DNA from: Ktedonobacterales bacterium
Lineage (GTDB): Bacteria; Chloroflexota; Ktedonobacteria; Ktedonobacterales; JADMIN01
Length of the DNA: 64,000 bases
NCBI GenBank assembly: GCA_036557205.1
Contig: DATBIB010000037.1
Coordinates: 1,163-65,162, forward strand
Reading direction: 5' to 3'
Part shown: in pieces, positions 47,273 through 56,799 of the stretch
Layout: each line of letters begins with the position of its first letter
How positions within the stretch are numbered: the first letter of the stretch is position 1
Notes under the pieces: generated by a model
Told to the model about the DNA's origin: nothing
Seen by the model: only the letters and a program-made list of their open reading frames with translations
Database searches by the model: none
Translations under genes and position numbers: made by a program

Positions 47273-49987
47273 ATGGATAGCTATCTTCTGGCGACCAAAC
47301 TGCGCATCCCTCCAACCCTGCACCAGCGGGTGCGGCGCGCACGTCTCGTTGACGCGCTCGAGCAGAGTATCCCGCTCTACAGGCTCCTCCTGATGTCCGC
47401 CCCGGCTGGCTATGGCAAGACGACTCTGCTGGCCGATTGGGCGCGCGCAAGTTCCTTGCGGATCGTCTGGCTCTCAGTGGGCGAAGACGACAACGACTTT
47501 GAGCGCTTCTTCCGCTATCTGGTGACGGGGTGGGAACAGTGGCGGCCAGACATCGGCGAAAGCCCGCTAGGCCTGCTGCTCGGCGCGGCGGATTCGGAGC
47601 GTGAGGCAATTCTGGCCGCGTTCATCAACGCCACGGTCGATGTGTCCGATCAACTGGTATTTGTCCTCGACGATTATCATCTGATCGAAGACCCCTCCAT
47701 CCACCAGGCGCTGACCCTTCTGCTCGACCACCTGCCGCCGACCGTTCACTTTCTGCTGGCGGGCCGCGCGGATCCACCGCTGCCACTTGCCCGCTATCGG
47801 GCTCGCCGCGAGTTGCTGGAGCTGCGCGCGGGCGATTTGGAGTTCTCACTGGACGAGACGGCCGATTTCCTGAATCACCTCATGCGACTCGATTGCTCGC
47901 GGGAGGAGCTTGCGGCGCTGCAAGAGCGGCTGGAAGGCTGGGTCGCCGGGCTGCAACTGGTGGCGATGAGCCACCAACACCATTCCGCGCCGGATATGCA
48001 AGTGATCAGCGGTAGGCACCGCTTCATCGCAGACTACCTGAGCGAGAACGTGCTCGCACAGTTACCAGCCGGTACGCAGCGGTTCCTGCTCCAGACCAGC
48101 ATCCTGGATCGCTTCTGCGGCTCGCTGTGTGACGCGGTCACTGAAGGGAAAGACAGCCAGGCGATGCTTGAATCGCTGGAGCGCGCGAACCTGTTTCTCG
48201 TGGCGCTGGATGATCGGCGCGAGTGGTTCCGTTATCATGCGTTGTTCGCTGACTTCCTCCGCGACACGTTACAACGGCGCTACCCTGACAAACAGATTCC
48301 GCTTCATCGTCGCGCCGCACAGTGGTTTCTGGCGCACGATCTGCCAGAACCAGCCTTTCACCACGCGGTGGCGGGCGAGAGCGCAGATCTTGTGATTCAG
48401 ATATTCGAGCGCTACTTCTTCCTGAAGGTGCTGAGTGGCGAAATTTCCCTCGCGAATCGTTGGCTCGAAGCGCTTCCAGAGGCGTGGTACACGAATCATC
48501 TCGCGTTGAGTCTCTTTCGGGCTAGTGTTCTCTTTTTCACTGGCCAGATTGAGCCGTTTGTGCGTCACCTCAACGACGTGGAGCGCCGGGCGCGTGCGGC
48601 CACAGCCACAGCCACAGCCACAGACGCAGACGCAGACATAGATGCTGACAACCACTGGCTTCTGGCGCGTGTGACCGCGATGCGCTGCTTCGTCGCCTGC
48701 TATAACAACGACGTTGTGCCAGCGGAGACGCTGGCGTTCCAGGCGCTCCAGGATTTGCCGGAAGCGGATATTGACCTGCGGCAGGGGTTGCATGGCTCGC
48801 TCGGAGACCTCTACCGCCAGAATGGACGCTGGCAGGAAGCGCGAGAGTACTATCTGAAAGCGCTTGATCAGTCACTGAATGCCCCCCAGAAGGTGGTGTT
48901 TCGGGTTCAGTCCGTCGAGGCGCTTGGCGCGCTGGCCGACCTCGATCTGCGTCAGGGCCACCTTCGGGATGCTGCGACCTGGTGGCGGCGCGCATTAGAC
49001 GTGATTGGTGAGCGCGAGAAGCGACGCGGTTTCCCACTACCGCTCATCGGTTGGGTGTATATCCGCCTGGGTGAACTGCTCTACGAGTGGAATCAGTTGA
49101 GTGAGGCCGATATCGCTCTGGCACGCGGGCTGCAGCGCGCCGAGCTGGGTGGTGATGTGCGTGGGATGATCGCTGGCTATCTACTTGCCGCACGCCTGAA
49201 ACTGACGGCGGGCGACATCACCGCCGCTGGTGAGTGTATGGAACGTGCGCGTCCCCTGGTGGAGCACGCCACGTTCCCAGATTGGGCCGGTCGCTTCGGG
49301 CGCCTGGAGGTGGAATGCCAGCTGGCGCGTCACAGGAATCTTGCCGCCGTTGAACAGGCCGACGCGATGATGAGGCGTGATGACCTCAAAGGTGGTGTGG
49401 AAGGCGAAGTCGCACGGCTGGCGCTGGCTCGCGCGCTGATCGTTCAAGCCGATCACAAGTCCCTCACGCGCGCGCTCGCGCTGCTCAAACGCCTGTTGCC
49501 ACTGGCGAGCGATGAAGGGCGGGCAGGCGTCACCGTCGAGGCGCTCACGCTTCAGTCCCTTGCCCATTGGCGCCAGGGCGATCAGGCGATTGCGCTATCC
49601 GACCTCGAACGCGCCCTGCGGCTGGCCGAACCCGAGCGCTACGTGCGTCTCTTCGCTGATTTGGGCCTGCCTATGGCGCGCCTGCTACAGGAGGCCCGCT
49701 CCCGCGCGGTGATGCATGACTATATCGAACTCCTGCTGGCGGTCTTCGAGAGCGACCTCGCCAGCTCCACTGCTCAGCGTGGCCCGCTGCCAGAGCCGCT
49801 CAGCCTGCGCGAACTGGAGGTGCTGCGCTTGATAGCCGCCGGGCTGACCAACCGCGAGATCGCCGAGACGCTGGTCATCTCCCCAGAGACTGTTAAAAAG
49901 CATACCGCCAGCATCTTCGGAAAACTGAGCGTTAGCAATCGCACTGAAGCCGCGGCCAGAGCCAGAGAACTGGATCTGCTCGGCTGA
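47273..49987 (+). CDS. MalT/LAL-type LuxR-family transcriptional regulator (P-loop NTPase + TPR-like + C-terminal LuxR HTH)
   Basis: 'LLATKLRIP' N-terminus typical of MalT; Walker A 'APAGYGKTT'; 'VLDDYH'. C-terminal '[43 protein letters not shown]'. Confidence 0.9.
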   Translation: MDSYLLATKLRIPPTLHQRVRRARLVDALEQSIPLYRLLLMSAPAGYGKTTLLADWARASSLRIVWLSVGEDDNDFERFFRYLVTGWEQWRPDIGESPLGLLLGAADSEREAILAAFINATVDVSDQLVFVLDDYHLIEDPSIHQALTLLLDHLPPTVHFLLAGRADPPLPLARYRARRELLELRAGDLEFSLDETADFLNHLMRLDCSREELAALQERLEGWVAGLQLVAMSHQHHSAPDMQVISGRHRFIADYLSENVLAQLPAGTQRFLLQTSILDRFCGSLCDAVTEGKDSQAMLESLERANLFLVALDDRREWFRYHALFADFLRDTLQRRYPDKQIPLHRRAAQWFLAHDLPEPAFHHAVAGESADLVIQIFERYFFLKVLSGEISLANRWLEALPEAWYTNHLALSLFRASVLFFTGQIEPFVRHLNDVERRARAATATATATDADADIDADNHWLLARVTAMRCFVACYNNDVVPAETLAFQALQDLPEADIDLRQGLHGSLGDLYRQNGRWQEAREYYLKALDQSLNAPQKVVFRVQSVEALGALADLDLRQGHLRDAATWWRRALDVIGEREKRRGFPLPLIGWVYIRLGELLYEWNQLSEADIALARGLQRAELGGDVRGMIAGYLLAARLKLTAGDITAAGECMERARPLVEHATFPDWAGRFGRLEVECQLARHRNLAAVEQADAMMRRDDLKGGVEGEVARLALARALIVQADHKSLTRALALLKRLLPLASDEGRAGVTVEALTLQSLAHWRQGDQAIALSDLERALRLAEPERYVRLFADLGLPMARLLQEARSRAVMHDYIELLLAVFESDLASSTAQRGPLPEPLSLRELEVLRLIAAGLTNREIAETLVISPETVKKHTASIFGKLSVSNRTEAAARARELDLLG
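48599..48650 (+). repeat. In-frame period-6 tandem repeat (GCCACA)x4-(GACGCA)x2-GACATA-GATGCT inside the LAL regulator gene
   Basis: Read directly; it encodes [17 protein letters not shown]. Confidence 0.9.
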
Positions 49988-50136
49988 GCGGCTCATTACA
50001 TTGCTTCTCAACGTTTCTCACCGCTGAAAAATACCCCTGGCGCATACCCCGTTTTGGGCATCACGCCATCGTCGCTCCCGCATATCATTGCGCGTAGCGA
50101 AAGGCGCCGCACGAGGCATTCACGGGGGGACTAACA

Positions 50137-50502
50137 ATGGACATCAATCTGCCGATCATCGCTGGAACGATCTCGACCATCTTCTTCGCATCCGGCGAGT
50201 TGCCCATGCTCGTGAAGGCATTCCAGACAAAGAACCTGCGCTCGTACAGCCTTGGCAACATCGTGTTTGCCAACATGGGCAACGTCGTCTACTCGATCTA
50301 CGTCTTTCACCTGCCTCCCGGCCCGATCTGGGCGCTGCATTCGTTCTACATGACTTCGACCGTGCTGATGCTCTTCTGGTATCTACGCTACGAGCGCCAA
50401 CCAGGCCAGCTCATCGCGGCGTTGCGGTCGCATCTCCAGCGGCGCCACGCTGAACTGCTGCATCTGGCGCGAGAGAAAGGGGATGCGCAATATGACTTCT
50501 AA
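50137..50502 (+). CDS. Small 3-TM membrane protein, PQ-loop/SemiSWEET-like (tentative)
   Basis: GGGGGGA upstream of the ATG. Three hydrophobic helices. 'ELPMLVKAFQTKNLRSYS' resembles the PQ-loop signature (PQ replaced by PM). Confidence 0.5.
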   Translation: MDINLPIIAGTISTIFFASGELPMLVKAFQTKNLRSYSLGNIVFANMGNVVYSIYVFHLPPGPIWALHSFYMTSTVLMLFWYLRYERQPGQLIAALRSHLQRRHAELLHLAREKGDAQYDF

Positions 50503-51460
50503 GAACGTCCCACCCGGCCGATCGGCGCCTGAACAGGCGTTATCGCACTCGCCGTACGCCGAACCACTGGAGGCGGCGCAGGCGAGGCTACTCGCACGGT
50601 ATGCTCAAGGAACGCGCATACGCCGGGTGCGTTGGTCGCAGGGTGAAACACAGGTGATGGAGCTTGGCGCTGGCCCGGCGCTCTTGCTGGTTCATGGCGG
50701 CCTGGCCAGCGGATTCTATTGGGCGCCGATACTTCCGGCGTTCGCTGAAAACCACCGGGTGCTCGTCGTTGATCTCCCAGGCCACGGGTTAGCGGATCCA
50801 TTTGACTACACCGGTATAGATCCACTCGACCATGCGCGCACCTTTCTCGGCGATATCCTGGCCGCGCTTGAGTTGCGCACCGTTGCTATCGTGGCCAACT
50901 CGCTCGGTGGGTTGTGGTCGGTCGCCTTCGCGCTCGATGCCCCGGATCGCGTCTCCCGGCTTGTGCTCGTCGGCGCGGCCGCTGGCGTAGCCCGCGGAGT
51001 TCCACTTCAGCTCAGGATGCTCGCCTCGCCGTTCGTCGGGCAGACGCTTGGCCGACGCCTGCTGTCCAATCAGAGCCGTGAGAGTACCCGAGCGTTTTGG
51101 GGCCAGCTTCTGGTAGTACATCCTGAGCGTCTCGACAACACACTGCTGGACGCGGATATTGCTCATTCGCGCCGGAACCTCGAAAGCATGCTCAGCCTCG
51201 TGCATTGTGTGGCAAACCTGATGGGTCTTCGGGATCAACTGATTCTGGGAGATCGCTGGCAAGACTTGAAGACGCCAACGCTATTCCTGTGCGGCGACCG
51301 CGACGGTTTTATGTCGCCCAATGTATGGCGGGCGTGGATGACCATCGCCACGCGGAACTCGAATCTGCGTATTACCCACGTACCCGACGCCGGGCATCTC
51401 CCCTGGCTTGACGATCCCCAGCGGATCGTGAACGAGATCGAACGCTTCCTGACCATGTAG
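50492..51460 (+). CDS. Alpha/beta-fold hydrolase
   Basis: ORF 50483..51460, overlapping the end of the preceding gene. 'LLVHGGLAS' oxyanion-region motif, nucleophile elbow 'NSLGG', C-terminal 'DAGHLPWLDDP'. Confidence 0.85.
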   Translation: MTSKNVPPGRSAPEQALSHSPYAEPLEAAQARLLARYAQGTRIRRVRWSQGETQVMELGAGPALLLVHGGLASGFYWAPILPAFAENHRVLVVDLPGHGLADPFDYTGIDPLDHARTFLGDILAALELRTVAIVANSLGGLWSVAFALDAPDRVSRLVLVGAAAGVARGVPLQLRMLASPFVGQTLGRRLLSNQSRESTRAFWGQLLVVHPERLDNTLLDADIAHSRRNLESMLSLVHCVANLMGLRDQLILGDRWQDLKTPTLFLCGDRDGFMSPNVWRAWMTIATRNSNLRITHVPDAGHLPWLDDPQRIVNEIERFLTM

Positions 51461-51517
51461 CTATGCCAACTGTCATCGCGCAGGTCATGCGCACAACGGA
51501 AGAGAGGGGAACATATC

Positions 51518-52795
51518 ATGAGCAACCGAAGCGAACAGTATGACACCATCATCGTCGGCGGCGGCCAGGGTGGATTGGCCACGAGCTATTGCCTGGCCGA
51601 GCACGGCTCTTCCCATCTGATCCTCGAGCAGGCCGCGCAACCCGCTCATGTCTGGCGTAGCGAGCGCTGGGACTCGTTTACCCTGGTCACGCCAAACTGG
51701 TCCATTACGTTGCCGGGCGCAACCTATCATGGGGACGCGCCTGACGCCTTCATGCCCCGCGACGAGCTTGTCGCCTACCTCGATCAGTACATTGCCCGTT
51801 TCCATCCGCCCGTGCGCTGTGGTGTCCGCGTCACGAAGATTGAGCCTGCGGCAGATGGGCATGGCGGACGATACCGGCTGGAGGCCGAGACGGTTGATGG
51901 CGAGCCGCTCGTCTTCACCGCGGCGAACGTTGTGGTTGCCACGGGACTCTACCAGCAGCCGAAAATTCCCGCCTACGCCGATGGCTTTCCAACCAGCATC
52001 CATCAGATCCATTCGAGCGCGTACCGCAACCCATCCGCGCTGCCAGAGGGAGCCGTTCTGGTCGTGGGTTCGGCCCAATCGGGGTGCCAGATCGCCGAGG
52101 AACTCTATCGGAGCGGACGACAGGTGTACTTGTGCGTGGGCAGCGCAGGCCGTGCGCCCCGCCGCTATCGCGGTGATGATATCTTTCGGTGGCTGATGCG
52201 CACCGGATTTTTCGCGCTCCCCGCCGAACAACTTCCGTCGCCACAGGCCAGATTCAGGGGGCTGCCCCATATCTCGGGCGCCCGCGGCGGCCACACGCTC
52301 AACCTGCACCAGTTCGCGCGCGATGGCGTCACCCTGCTCGGACATCTGCAAGGCGCGCATGACGGCGTCATCACCCTCGCCGCCGACCTGCGCGAAAATC
52401 TCGCCAAGGCGGATCAGTTCGAGGCCGAGATCTGCGAAATGATAGACCGCTATGTGGAGCAGATGGGACTGGATGCGCCGCGTGAGATATTACCGCAGCT
52501 GCGCGACGGGTATACGGTGAAAGAAATCACTAGCCTGGATGTGCGGACGGCTGGTGTCTCGACCGTCATCTGGGCGGCAAGCTATACCTTCGACTTCAGC
52601 CTTATCAAGCTGCCGGTGCTCGATGACTATGGCTTCCCCATCCAGACACGTGGCGTCACCCGCTTTCCGGGCCTGTATTTTGTCGGCATCCCATGGCTGG
52701 ATGGCCTGAAGTCAGGTACGCTTGTCGGTGTCGGAGAGGATGCGGGGTATATCGTCCAGGCCATCGCGAGGGAGATGAGTGCCTCACGCCTGTAG
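51518..52795 (+). CDS. Flavin-dependent NAD(P)H oxidoreductase / monooxygenase-like (CzcO / MSMEG_0569-like)
   Basis: 'YDTIIVGGGQGGLATSY' FAD GxGxxG; 'ERWDSFTLVTPNW'; second dinucleotide motif 'VLVVGSAQSGCQIAEEL'. Confidence 0.8.
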   Translation: MSNRSEQYDTIIVGGGQGGLATSYCLAEHGSSHLILEQAAQPAHVWRSERWDSFTLVTPNWSITLPGATYHGDAPDAFMPRDELVAYLDQYIARFHPPVRCGVRVTKIEPAADGHGGRYRLEAETVDGEPLVFTAANVVVATGLYQQPKIPAYADGFPTSIHQIHSSAYRNPSALPEGAVLVVGSAQSGCQIAEELYRSGRQVYLCVGSAGRAPRRYRGDDIFRWLMRTGFFALPAEQLPSPQARFRGLPHISGARGGHTLNLHQFARDGVTLLGHLQGAHDGVITLAADLRENLAKADQFEAEICEMIDRYVEQMGLDAPREILPQLRDGYTVKEITSLDVRTAGVSTVIWAASYTFDFSLIKLPVLDDYGFPIQTRGVTRFPGLYFVGIPWLDGLKSGTLVGVGEDAGYIVQAIAREMSASRL

Positions 52796-52820
52796 TGTTT
52801 GAGGCAGAAAGAGGGCACCG

Positions 52821-53474
52821 ATGAGGAATTGTCGGACCTGCTGCCAGTGCGAGGGCATCGAGCGGCTTTTTGGCAAGCAGGAGGCTGCGCATAAACTGCG
52901 CGCTTACCTGCGCCGTGGGCCAGCGCGGACAACACGCATGTTGCTGGATGCGCTGCGGGCAGAGGGTATTGATGGCGCAACCCTGCTGGATATCGGCGGC
53001 GGTGTCGGCGTCATTCCGCTTGAGCTGCTTTCAGCGGGAGTGCAAAGCGCCACCGATGTGGACGCCTCAGGCGAGTATATCACCGTGGCTCGTGCGGAGG
53101 CCCGGCGGCGCGGGTATGATGGCCAGATCACCTACCGCCACGGCAACTTCGTCGAGCTTGCGCCTGAGATCGAGCCTGCTGACATCGTGACGCTCGACCG
53201 GGTCATCTGCTGCTATCATGACATGCCTGCCCTGGTGGGGGCGTCCGCCGCCAAGGCGCGGCGGCTCTACGGCCTCGTCTATCCGCGGGACGACTGGTGG
53301 ACTCGCTCCTTCAGCGCAATCGAGAACGCGACGTTTCGGATGAGGCGTCACCCTTATCGCAGCTTCGTACACCCGGCGGCCCTGGTGGATGCCACGGTGA
53401 GGCGTGCTGGACTAGAGCGGCGGAGTCTGCGCCGTGACGCTTTCTGGCAGGTGGTCGTCTACGCGCGACCCTGA
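52821..53474 (+). CDS. Class I SAM-dependent methyltransferase with N-terminal Cys cluster
   Basis: 'LLDIGGGVGVIPLELL' motif I; N-terminal 'CRTCCQCEG'. Confidence 0.75.
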   Translation: MRNCRTCCQCEGIERLFGKQEAAHKLRAYLRRGPARTTRMLLDALRAEGIDGATLLDIGGGVGVIPLELLSAGVQSATDVDASGEYITVARAEARRRGYDGQITYRHGNFVELAPEIEPADIVTLDRVICCYHDMPALVGASAAKARRLYGLVYPRDDWWTRSFSAIENATFRMRRHPYRSFVHPAALVDATVRRAGLERRSLRRDAFWQVVVYARP

Positions 53475-53482
53475 GAAACAGC

Positions 53483-54259
53483 CTATATGACGTCTGGCAG
53501 CGTATCGCTCACCATCCGCCCGACAGCCTTTTTGCACGTTACCAGATACTCGTCGCGGGTCGGCGCGATGATCGCCTGCGCGCGCTCGATCAGCGATTCC
53601 AGCGCGGCGAGATCGGGATTGCTGCCCGCGTGCTTGAGCCGCGTCTGATGGGCGTACGTCTCGGCCTGTGGTCGTGGCGTCGCGGGCGCGAACGTGACCA
53701 CCGAAGGGAAGCGCAGCATCGCGCCAGCCAGGGCATCGGCGGGGTGGTCAAAGATGCTCGCCAGCACGCTTGCGATACGCGCGCAGAGCACATCATCGGC
53801 GCAGGCGCCCATCAGCGATGCGCCGAGGTGGGGCGCGGCGAGATAGAGTGGCTGCTCGAACGCCATCTCGACCAGATTGTGCGCCTTCCACCAGCCCTGC
53901 TCCGGCGCGACGCCACAGGCGCGGGCAGCATCTTCGGCCAGCGGGACCGCCTGCTGGAAGGCATAGCCGCGCTCGGGTGCGGGACGACCGCCATACTCCT
54001 CGTCGCTATACCAGTCGAAGCCGTGCGGCTCGGCGCCGTGCGAGAGCGCGCCCACGACGAAGGCGTGAAATTCATCATGCGCCGGGCCAGCGGGCACAGT
54101 GTTAACGGCCTCCGCCAGCCGGGCGCCGCTCCGGTGCGATTCCGTGTGTGAGAGCGGGCTACCAAAGAGCATGTCCGGCCAGACGCATCCCAGGTAGTGG
54201 GCAGGCATCGTCGCGGGAACCAGTTGCTGTATCAGCCAGGCATGCGCGAGCGGGAACAT
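53483..54259 (-). CDS. Hypothetical protein (His-rich, possibly a metal-dependent hydrolase)
   Basis: 258-aa ORF, 15 nt downstream of the carboxypeptidase gene on the same strand. N-terminal 'FPLAHAWL'; several conserved-looking His residues. No confident family call. Confidence 0.5.
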   Translation of the reverse strand: MFPLAHAWLIQQLVPATMPAHYLGCVWPDMLFGSPLSHTESHRSGARLAEAVNTVPAGPAHDEFHAFVVGALSHGAEPHGFDWYSDEEYGGRPAPERGYAFQQAVPLAEDAARACGVAPEQGWWKAHNLVEMAFEQPLYLAAPHLGASLMGACADDVLCARIASVLASIFDHPADALAGAMLRFPSVVTFAPATPRPQAETYAHQTRLKHAGSNPDLAALESLIERAQAIIAPTRDEYLVTCKKAVGRMVSDTLPDVI

Positions 54260-54274
54260 AGGTATGACCTTTGC

Positions 54275-55363
54275 TCAGTCATTTGGCGGCGTTGACCCGG
54301 AGACGGGCGGGGGCGCTGGCGGCAATCCTTCCTGCTCGAAGCCCCAGTCGAGCAGTCGGCGCATATCGACCCTCCGCACCTGCCACGATGGGTCGGCAAG
54401 CACGGCCCCAACGATCAGGTGGGCGTGGCGGATGGCGGCGAACGCCTGGCAGAATCCGGCGGGGCCGGTATAGCCTGGCTTGACGCCAATTGCGCCAGGA
54501 TACGGTGAGCCCGCTCCGGCCAGCAGATCGTTGCCAGTGAACAGTTTATACGCTTTATGAGTCGCCGTCTTGGGGATAACATATCTGGTCGCGGACATGA
54601 TCGTCACCAGCGTCGGGTTTTTCATCGCCACAGATGAGAGCACCGCCAGATCGCGGGCGCTGGTGTAGTGGCCTGGCGCGTCCAGTCCGTGCGGGTTCGC
54701 GAAGTGCGTATGCGTTAGCCCCAACTGGGCCGCCCGCGCATTCATCATCGCCACAAACTTCGCCTCGGTGCCGCCGATAGCATCGGCGATAGCCACGGCG
54801 GCGTCGTTGCCGGACGGCATCACCAGCCCATAGAGCAGATCGCGTAGAGTGAGCTTCTCGCCGGTATCGAGGCCCATGTAACTGCTATCCGGCCCAACCA
54901 GCGCATGCGCGTCGGCCCCAACCGTAATCATCTGGTCGAGATTGCCATGCTCTACCGCCAGCAACGCCGTCATGACTTTGGTGCAGCTCGCCATCGGGAG
55001 CTTGGCGTCGGCGTCTTTGCTATACAGCACGGTATTGGTGTTGACATCGAAGACGTAGGCCGCGACCGCGGTGATCTTCGGCGCGTTGGCCGAGAGCAGC
55101 TTGAGCGCGCCACCCGCGAGGCTCGCACTGGTTGTTACGGGGTGCTTCGCCGTTTTGGCGAGCGTAGACATCTGCGCCACCAGCGTGATGAATCCGCCGA
55201 GCAGCACGAGGATGGTGATGATCGCAAGGGCTGTTCCTCGCCAGGAAACCGGCGCCAACTCCTCTGGCTTATCGGTATCCCTTACCCTGTATCTGGGTCT
55301 GAAGGTCGCCCTGTATCCTGCCCTGTACTCTGCCCTCACCGCGATCCTCCGCCCGTGATTCAT
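54275..55363 (-). CDS. D-alanyl-D-alanine carboxypeptidase (S11 low-MW PBP)
   Basis: SxxK 'ASCTKVMT', SxN 'PSGND', and a KTG-like 'KPGYTG'. N-terminal TM anchor. Confidence 0.88.
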   Translation of the reverse strand: MNHGRRIAVRAEYRAGYRATFRPRYRVRDTDKPEELAPVSWRGTALAIITILVLLGGFITLVAQMSTLAKTAKHPVTTSASLAGGALKLLSANAPKITAVAAYVFDVNTNTVLYSKDADAKLPMASCTKVMTALLAVEHGNLDQMITVGADAHALVGPDSSYMGLDTGEKLTLRDLLYGLVMPSGNDAAVAIADAIGGTEAKFVAMMNARAAQLGLTHTHFANPHGLDAPGHYTSARDLAVLSSVAMKNPTLVTIMSATRYVIPKTATHKAYKLFTGNDLLAGAGSPYPGAIGVKPGYTGPAGFCQAFAAIRHAHLIVGAVLADPSWQVRRVDMRRLLDWGFEQEGLPPAPPPVSGSTPPND

Positions 55364-55625
55364 CGTGTGCTACCAGATCAGTTCCAGGGCGTTCACGTCC
55401 CTGTGGTGTTAGTCTAGTCCGAACAGAGGCGTGTCTCAAAATGCTTTGGCCCATATTTCTGCGATTTCCCGCATCGCATATACGCAATTGGCCGCAAAAG
55501 GTGGCAATCGGCAGGCGCGACACCAGCCATATGTGAGGTAGCGAACAGTATGTATGCGCGCCGGGAAGAATAGGGCTGGATTGAGAGTGGGTGAGTGAGA
55601 AGAAAATGGGGATGAGGAGGAAAGG

Positions 55626-55698
<73 letters not shown>

Positions 55699-55779
55699 GT
55701 ATGCCGGAGTATGGCTGGCGCTCCGTAGTGTATCATTGGCCCCGCGCCGCTGTCAACCGACGCGCGCTCCCACGCCACC

Positions 55780-56706
55780 TCACGCCGATTCCTCCGCCTG
55801 GGCGATATGCGCCAGCCGCAGCCACTCCTCTAGGCTCAGCGTCTGCGCCCGCCGCATCGAGTCGATCTCGCCCTCGGCCAGCCAGCGGCTGACCGTCTCG
55901 CGCGAGACGTCGAGGTGGCGCGCCAGGCTGTTGTGGATCTGCTTGCGCTTCTCGGCGAAGCCCGCGTGAATCAGCGCGAAGAACTGCTCGGTGGTAGCGG
56001 CATCCAGCAGAGGCGCCGGATGCAGGTCCACGCGCACCACCGCCGAATCGACCTGTGGCGGCGGAAAGAACGCCGACGCCGGGACATAGGTGATGATGCG
56101 GGGCGTGCCGTAGATCTGCACACTGAGCGCCAGCAGGCTCATCTCGCCGGGGCCAGCCGCCAGCCGCTCGGCGACCTCGCGCTGCACCATCACCACCAGC
56201 ACGCGCGGTGGGTTGGCGGATTCGAGCAGATGGCGCAGGATAAGCGAGGTGATGTAATAGGGCAGGTTGGCGACCAGCTTATACGGCTCCGTGCCGAAGA
56301 CCTCTTCCGGCTGCACCTCCAGCAGATTGCGCGGGATGATCTCGACGTTTGGCAGGTCGGCGGTCGTCTCGCGCAAGACTGGCAAGACGGCGCGGTCCAG
56401 CTCGACCGCCACCACCCGTCGCGCCCGCTGCGCCAGCTCGCGGGTCAGCACGCCGGGGCCAGCGCCCACCTCCAGCACGCGATCATCAGGCATGAGGTCA
56501 GCCGCGCCGACGACCGCATTGAGCGCCTTGCGACTGGTGAGCAGGTGCTGGCCCAGCCCCTTGTTGAGGGAGATACCGTGGCGCGCCAGCAACCGCTTCA
56601 GCGTGCCGAGATCGGTCAGGTCGCCGTCGAAGGGCTGGTGCGAGCTGGTTGCGCCATCGTGGGATCCCGGCGCGAGGGCGGAAGTCTTCTCTTTATCGTC
56701 TGTCAT
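55780..56706 (-). CDS. rsmA: 16S rRNA (adenine1518/1519-N6)-dimethyltransferase RsmA/KsgA
   Basis: 'GLGQHLL', SAM motif 'VLEVGAGPGVLT', 'VANLPYYITS'. Confidence 0.93.
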   Translation of the reverse strand: MTDDKEKTSALAPGSHDGATSSHQPFDGDLTDLGTLKRLLARHGISLNKGLGQHLLTSRKALNAVVGAADLMPDDRVLEVGAGPGVLTRELAQRARRVVAVELDRAVLPVLRETTADLPNVEIIPRNLLEVQPEEVFGTEPYKLVANLPYYITSLILRHLLESANPPRVLVVMVQREVAERLAAGPGEMSLLALSVQIYGTPRIITYVPASAFFPPPQVDSAVVRVDLHPAPLLDAATTEQFFALIHAGFAEKRKQIHNSLARHLDVSRETVSRWLAEGEIDSMRRAQTLSLEEWLRLAHIAQAEESA

Positions 56707-56799
56707 GGCCTAATGGTAGCATGTCTGGGTGTTGTCTGGATATCGTTGAGCTATCGCGTTATCAAATCTCCGGCGTGAAGACCCCGGCCATCAGGCATG

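Noticed and set aside
48599-48650. A possible CRISPR-like or minisatellite array.
   Set aside because: The period is only 6 nt, it is in frame inside a well-supported CDS, and it has no spacers. It is a coding microsatellite, not a CRISPR array. No repeat-spacer architecture was found anywhere in the window.
49988-50136. A guanidine (mini-ykkC/ykkC-III-like) riboswitch upstream of the small membrane protein; ACGA/ACGG motifs are present.
   Set aside because: The ACGR motifs are not presented in paired G/C hairpin loops. The downstream gene is not an SMR/SugE-type 4-TM exporter.
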